Assembly: GCF_036321535.1 (NCBI RefSeq)
Contig: NC_087437.1
Coordinates: 5,952,001 to 6,016,000, forward strand
DNA: 64,000 bases
Source of the DNA: Camelus dromedarius
Lineage: Eukaryota
Direction of reading: 5' to 3'
The stretch's first letter is position 1, and the number at the start of each line of letters is the position of its first letter. A program made the position numbers and the translations under genes. This document shows, piece by piece, positions 59,531 to 64,000 of the stretch. A model generated the notes under the pieces. The model saw only the letters and a program-made list of their open reading frames with translations. It searched no databases and was not told the DNA's origin.

Positions 59531-62500
59531 TAATTTACAATTTTATCCTGCTGTCAGGCATTCTGGACTGTACCAAATAAAGACTTATTTATTCTTAAGC
59601 CACCTGAGACATGCATGCAGTCCTTCCTTCATAACCAAGCATCGGGGAACATGCCTGGTGCAGACTGACCCTCTGAAATGACTACAGAAACTGCCTGCAC
59701 TGAGGATGGGGGATGGGGGGAGCAGTGACTGCAACAGGAGCTCCTGAGATGCTCTCAAACTAGCAGCACAAGGGAAATGCAGGCGTGTAGATGCACTGAC
59801 TAGTTGACGGTCCAGGGAATAAAAGCCAACACTGAAGTATAAACAACAGTCCTGCAGAAGCACAAAAGAGAGATGGTCCAGTCCTGTCTCAGGTAATCAG
59901 AGGTGTGAGCTAAACGTTAAAATCCGGAGTGTGGGTGGTGGGGATGGTAACTCAGGGAGGGTCATTTTTGGCAGGGAAGACAGTATTTACCAGGCAGTTG
60001 GACTGCTGGGAACATGTAGGTCAAAGCCTGATTACACCTTCTGGTGCTTCCGGCCGTCCATATGTAGTTAAAAACGACCCCAGTACCAGTGTAAAACAGG
60101 CTTCAGTCCACCAGAGGGCTTCTTTTTCATTTGATGATTATTTCAGTGGTTTTCTCAGGGAAGGGGAGAGAAGGGAATCAAGTAAATTATTTCCAACTGC
60201 TGGTACCCTACATGTAAGCCTTCCCCCCTTTTGGTAATCCAGTTCTGGGGGAGGGCAGGGAGGGGGGCTCTAAACATCGGGCCAGCTAGATCCAGAAGAG
60301 CGCCTTGTCCTCCTGCGAAGGGGTCTGGCCTTTCTCTTGCCAGGGACGGCATGAGTTATTACAGAGACTAAGCAGGAAAGGAGCACAAGGGTCACAGGAG
60401 CATGGCTGAATAAGGCACCTCCGGCTGGTCCACACTGAGATGATAAGGTTGCAGACCTGCCGGCGCTGTCTGGCCGGACTGTCCTCAAGCTGGCTGCACT
60501 GCTCAGTGACCACCCACGGACTTCAGACAACTGGCTCTCAGCCCAGGACCACAGCATGCGCCACACTGAGAGTGCCGGGGGCGGGGGGGCGGCTGCAACC
60601 CAGCCCATTCTGTGTGTGAAGATGCCGGCACAGAAGGGGCACGGACCTGCTCGTGTGCACCAAGGTGCTCTCTGGACTAGATACGGCCATGTCTAGGGGC
60701 ACAAAATCTTTCCCTTGTTCCCTTTCTTTCTCTGAACTGTTTGATAAAAGTTCTGTGTCCCAGGGGCTCAGTGCCACGAGGGTCCCGCCAGCCCTTACTC
60801 TGGGACAGGTGTTCTGCTGACTTCCTAAGCCCCCCTTGAAGCAGCTGCTCTTTCTCTCTCTTTACAGGTAAGAGGTTAAGCAGCCTCCCTGGGCCACCCT
60901 GCAAGGCAGTGGTGTGGGCAGGAGTCAAATGTGGGCCAGCGCGCAGAGCCCGTGCCGGGCAAGGGGTCCCACCCGGCGCCTCTAACAGCAGCTGTGCCGG
61001 GGGGGGGGGGGCTGTTGTCACTGTGACCAACATTCAGCAGAAGTGGAATGAGGTCTTCTGATGGCAGAGGGCAAACTTCGACCTTGTTCACAACCCAAAT
61101 CCAACTCATTTATTCAATGTCTTTTGGAACTTGTTCCAAAAGGATGCATTTTCTAGCTGAGTGATGCCTCCCCAAATGTGTTTTACATATTCTCCATTTC
61201 TCTGGCTTCTTAAAGGGATTACTCAGAACATAATGGAACTACCTGCTCTGCTTTGGACTATCCTTGCCCACTATCCACCGCCCAGAGTGACCAGGACAGG
61301 GTCCTCCACAGGGAGACCCTCCTGGCGCTCCCGCTCCTCCCCCGCCCTGCGTGGACGAGCAGCCCCCCTGTCCCCTCACGGCCACGTCCTGCTCTTCCTC
61401 GTCTTGGTTCTGCCAGGTTGCTGCCTGTCACCCGCGCTGAAGCATTTCTGTCAGTGCCATCTGCTTCGGGGCCCAGAGTGAGGGCATCTCCAGACACAGC
61501 TGTTACCACACTACTGGGATTCGCATGTTACTCCTCAGACTAAGTTTCTTTTTTCTTAGAAGTAATTGTAAGAAACTCAGCACTGGGCACCCTTAGTGAA
61601 GTGGGCTGGAGAAAAGGAAGCTGGTCTTTTTTCCCCAGGTAATGCCTTTAATTAATTGGGATTGTCTAATGGTGTATGTGTTTTCATTTTACTTAAGAAT
61701 GTCAACAGTGGTTACCTGGGCAGGGAGATTTGTAGCCTTTTCCAACCTTTTTTCTTTAAAAAAACCACCTGATAAATATTATACAATGATATCTATGTGT
61801 GTACATTTATGTATATACATTCACATCCATAACATAAATGCACACACAAATACAAATTTTTAATGCTATGGCAATAACTTACATAATCTGAACTTCTCTC
61901 CTTATAGCTCACTATATGATACTCTCTACTTTCCTGTGGTTGGAAATTCTAAATTCTCTTTGGCAGTAATGCCTGTGTATTCGTGTGTGTGTATCTCCCC
62001 ATATCTTAAAGTTTGTTAAGTTTGTGAGTAAATTTCTAGGTATCTCTCGACAAGAGTTTCTGGGGTAGATGTGCAATTTCCAAAAATAATCTTGAAGAAA
62101 TTCTTTGAGTTAAGTTGTCAAAAAATGAACTCTCATGTGGTGCATTTTTTATGATTGCAACCTACACTGAGAAATAGAAAATGGAGCTTTCCAACGATTT
62201 TCCAAAAATTATTTACGGACCTAAACTCTGAAATCTCACTTTAGATGCAGGATTTTCTTCAAAAAGTTAAGATCCATATAATTATTGTGTGATAAAAGGC
62301 AAAGATACAGCTATGAAACCTCATGAGAAGAAAAGGCTACATATAATCAAAGGATCACTGAAAATATTGATACTTACTTCATTTCTTGAAGTGTGCCCCA
62401 TGGCTTAAAAAAAAAGATACTTGGGAGTGTTGAAATGATAGTTTCAGTTCCCTGAAATGAAAAGTAAATCTACTCTCGATATATTACATGGGGGAAGAAG

Positions 62501-64000
62501 CTAAGTGGGCCTGGCGTCTCTGATGAAGCTCTCCAGCTACTAATATTACTGGCCCTATGTGTGAAGCAGAGATTGTTCGAAAGTTCTCTGTTGCACCACT
62601 GACTATTCTGGTTCACGCTACTTCCCCTTGCTTCCTGACACTCTGCAGGAAGTGTGCTGGGGAAAACACAATGTGACTTCTCTAGATCGGGGCGGCACCA
62701 CCTCACTGTCTCATCACAGGTTGGCCGCTGTTATGTGGGCCTCGTGTCTCAGGAGGCAGCTGGAGTCACCCCATCAGATCAATACGGCCCTTGTCCAAGC
62801 AGGGCAGGTAGTGAATCCAGAACAGGGTACCCGGAAAAAGAGCTGGTTCCCAACAGCGCCGGCCTGCTCGTCTAAGCACCAGCTGATGCCCAAGCAGCCT
62901 GGTGAAGCTGGAGGGGGCCGAAGGCCTGACAATCCTGGCACTTAGCCTGGGCCCCCAAGAAATGCTTGTTGAATAAACAAAGGAGATGATTCTACTGGCA
63001 CAGCTCGAGTTATCTGAACAAAATAATACGACCTCCTTCTTCAAGACTCTGTTTAAAAAGTCACGTTGTTCACGTGGCCCTGATCCGCAGAAAGAGGTGG
63101 ACTGAGCAACAGCCCAGGAGCAGAAGTCAGAATAAGCAAGCCAGCCCTGAGCTTTCTCCTTCCCCACGTATAGACTGATGGGGCTTCCAGAGCCTAACAT
63201 GTACGAGCAGCACTCTGGCTCTGGGATAACAGAACTCTTACTAAAAAGTTGCCTGGGCTGGGGGTGGGGTCAGGTGGCGGGGGGTAGGGGCAGTGCTCAG
63301 ATTTTAATTTTAGGAAACAAGTTTAAGTCCCATGAATTCTCACTGTTATCAGTGGTCCCATCAGTACTCACTTAAGTGCAATCACTGACAAAGTGAAAGA
63401 GATGTCATTTGGAGATGATCTGCCTCTTCTCCTGGCCCCCCTCCTATATCCCTTATTACATAGATCACTTAACAGACAACAGGAAGAGTAAACAGCAGCT
63501 TTTCACCGAATCCCCGAGTTGGAAAAGCCCTAAAGGTCAGCAGGCTCAATTACCAGAACACAGCCAGGAACTGTACCTGTGAAACACAGGACTAAATATA
63601 GACATACGGACACACCCCTCTGTGGCCACAGGACGTTTTTTTTAGAGGTGAAGCCAACACACGCCTAATCTCCTAATCACAATATATCATTTTCTGTTAA
63701 TTTATTAAAAACCACAGATATTGTGGAGGTATATTATTATTAGAATATTTCAATTCTACTAGCATGACTATTCTGTGTGGATATTGTAAATTAAGGAAAA
63801 CAAAGTATGAATTTCAATTAATACTGCTATTTTTTTTTTAGTCTGAATTTCAGTGGAGGATTCTTAAAGTTAATCTAGGCTTCCATTTAATACAGAATTT
63901 CTCTGCATGGCTTGGTTTATCTTAAAGATTACATAATAAAAGATTTGTGCAGTGACAAAATATTTATGTGTCTAAATTTCACAAGAGATGCTGAATATGG

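Noticed and set aside
50490..64000. Further TBC1D5 exons, including a short alternative exon I recall upstream of the 164-nt exon
   Set aside because: No segment found with matching translation and splice sites; probably outside the window. A spliced alignment would settle it.
1..64000. CRISPR array, operon-like or other prokaryotic/viral system
   Set aside because: No regularly spaced repeats, no dense ORFs and no intact gag/pol/env; the window is accounted for by a spliced mammalian gene plus interspersed repeats.

Overview
Mammalian genomic DNA, most likely camelid (inferred from ~10 copies of a tRNA-derived SINE resembling camelid Vic-1 plus artiodactyl-type L1 3' ends). The window holds the 3' end of TBC1D5 (Rab7 GAP, retromer and ATG8 interactor) on the minus strand. 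Five coding exons were read directly with GT-AG boundaries and consistent phases: 50326-50489, 24080-24179, 8819-8898, 7883-7999 and 3502-3783, stop TGA at 3502-3504. A ~3.4 kb 3'UTR ends near an AATAAA at 68-73. The rest is intron, filled with SINEs, L1 fragments of several ages (many with visible target-site duplications), MIR/L2, MaLR/ERVL LTRs, MER5/MER3 DNA-transposon relics and microsatellites. Nearly all ORFs in the supplied track are spurious or L1 debris. I found no evidence of a new biological system. The most interesting leads are AT-to-GC bias in repeat copies near the gene end, ultra-short or 5'-only retro-insertions, inverted repeat pairs with dsRNA/circRNA potential, a shortened penultimate exon and several candidate enhancers. 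Gene and repeat-family names come from recalled sequences, not database searches, and boundaries of old repeats are approximate.
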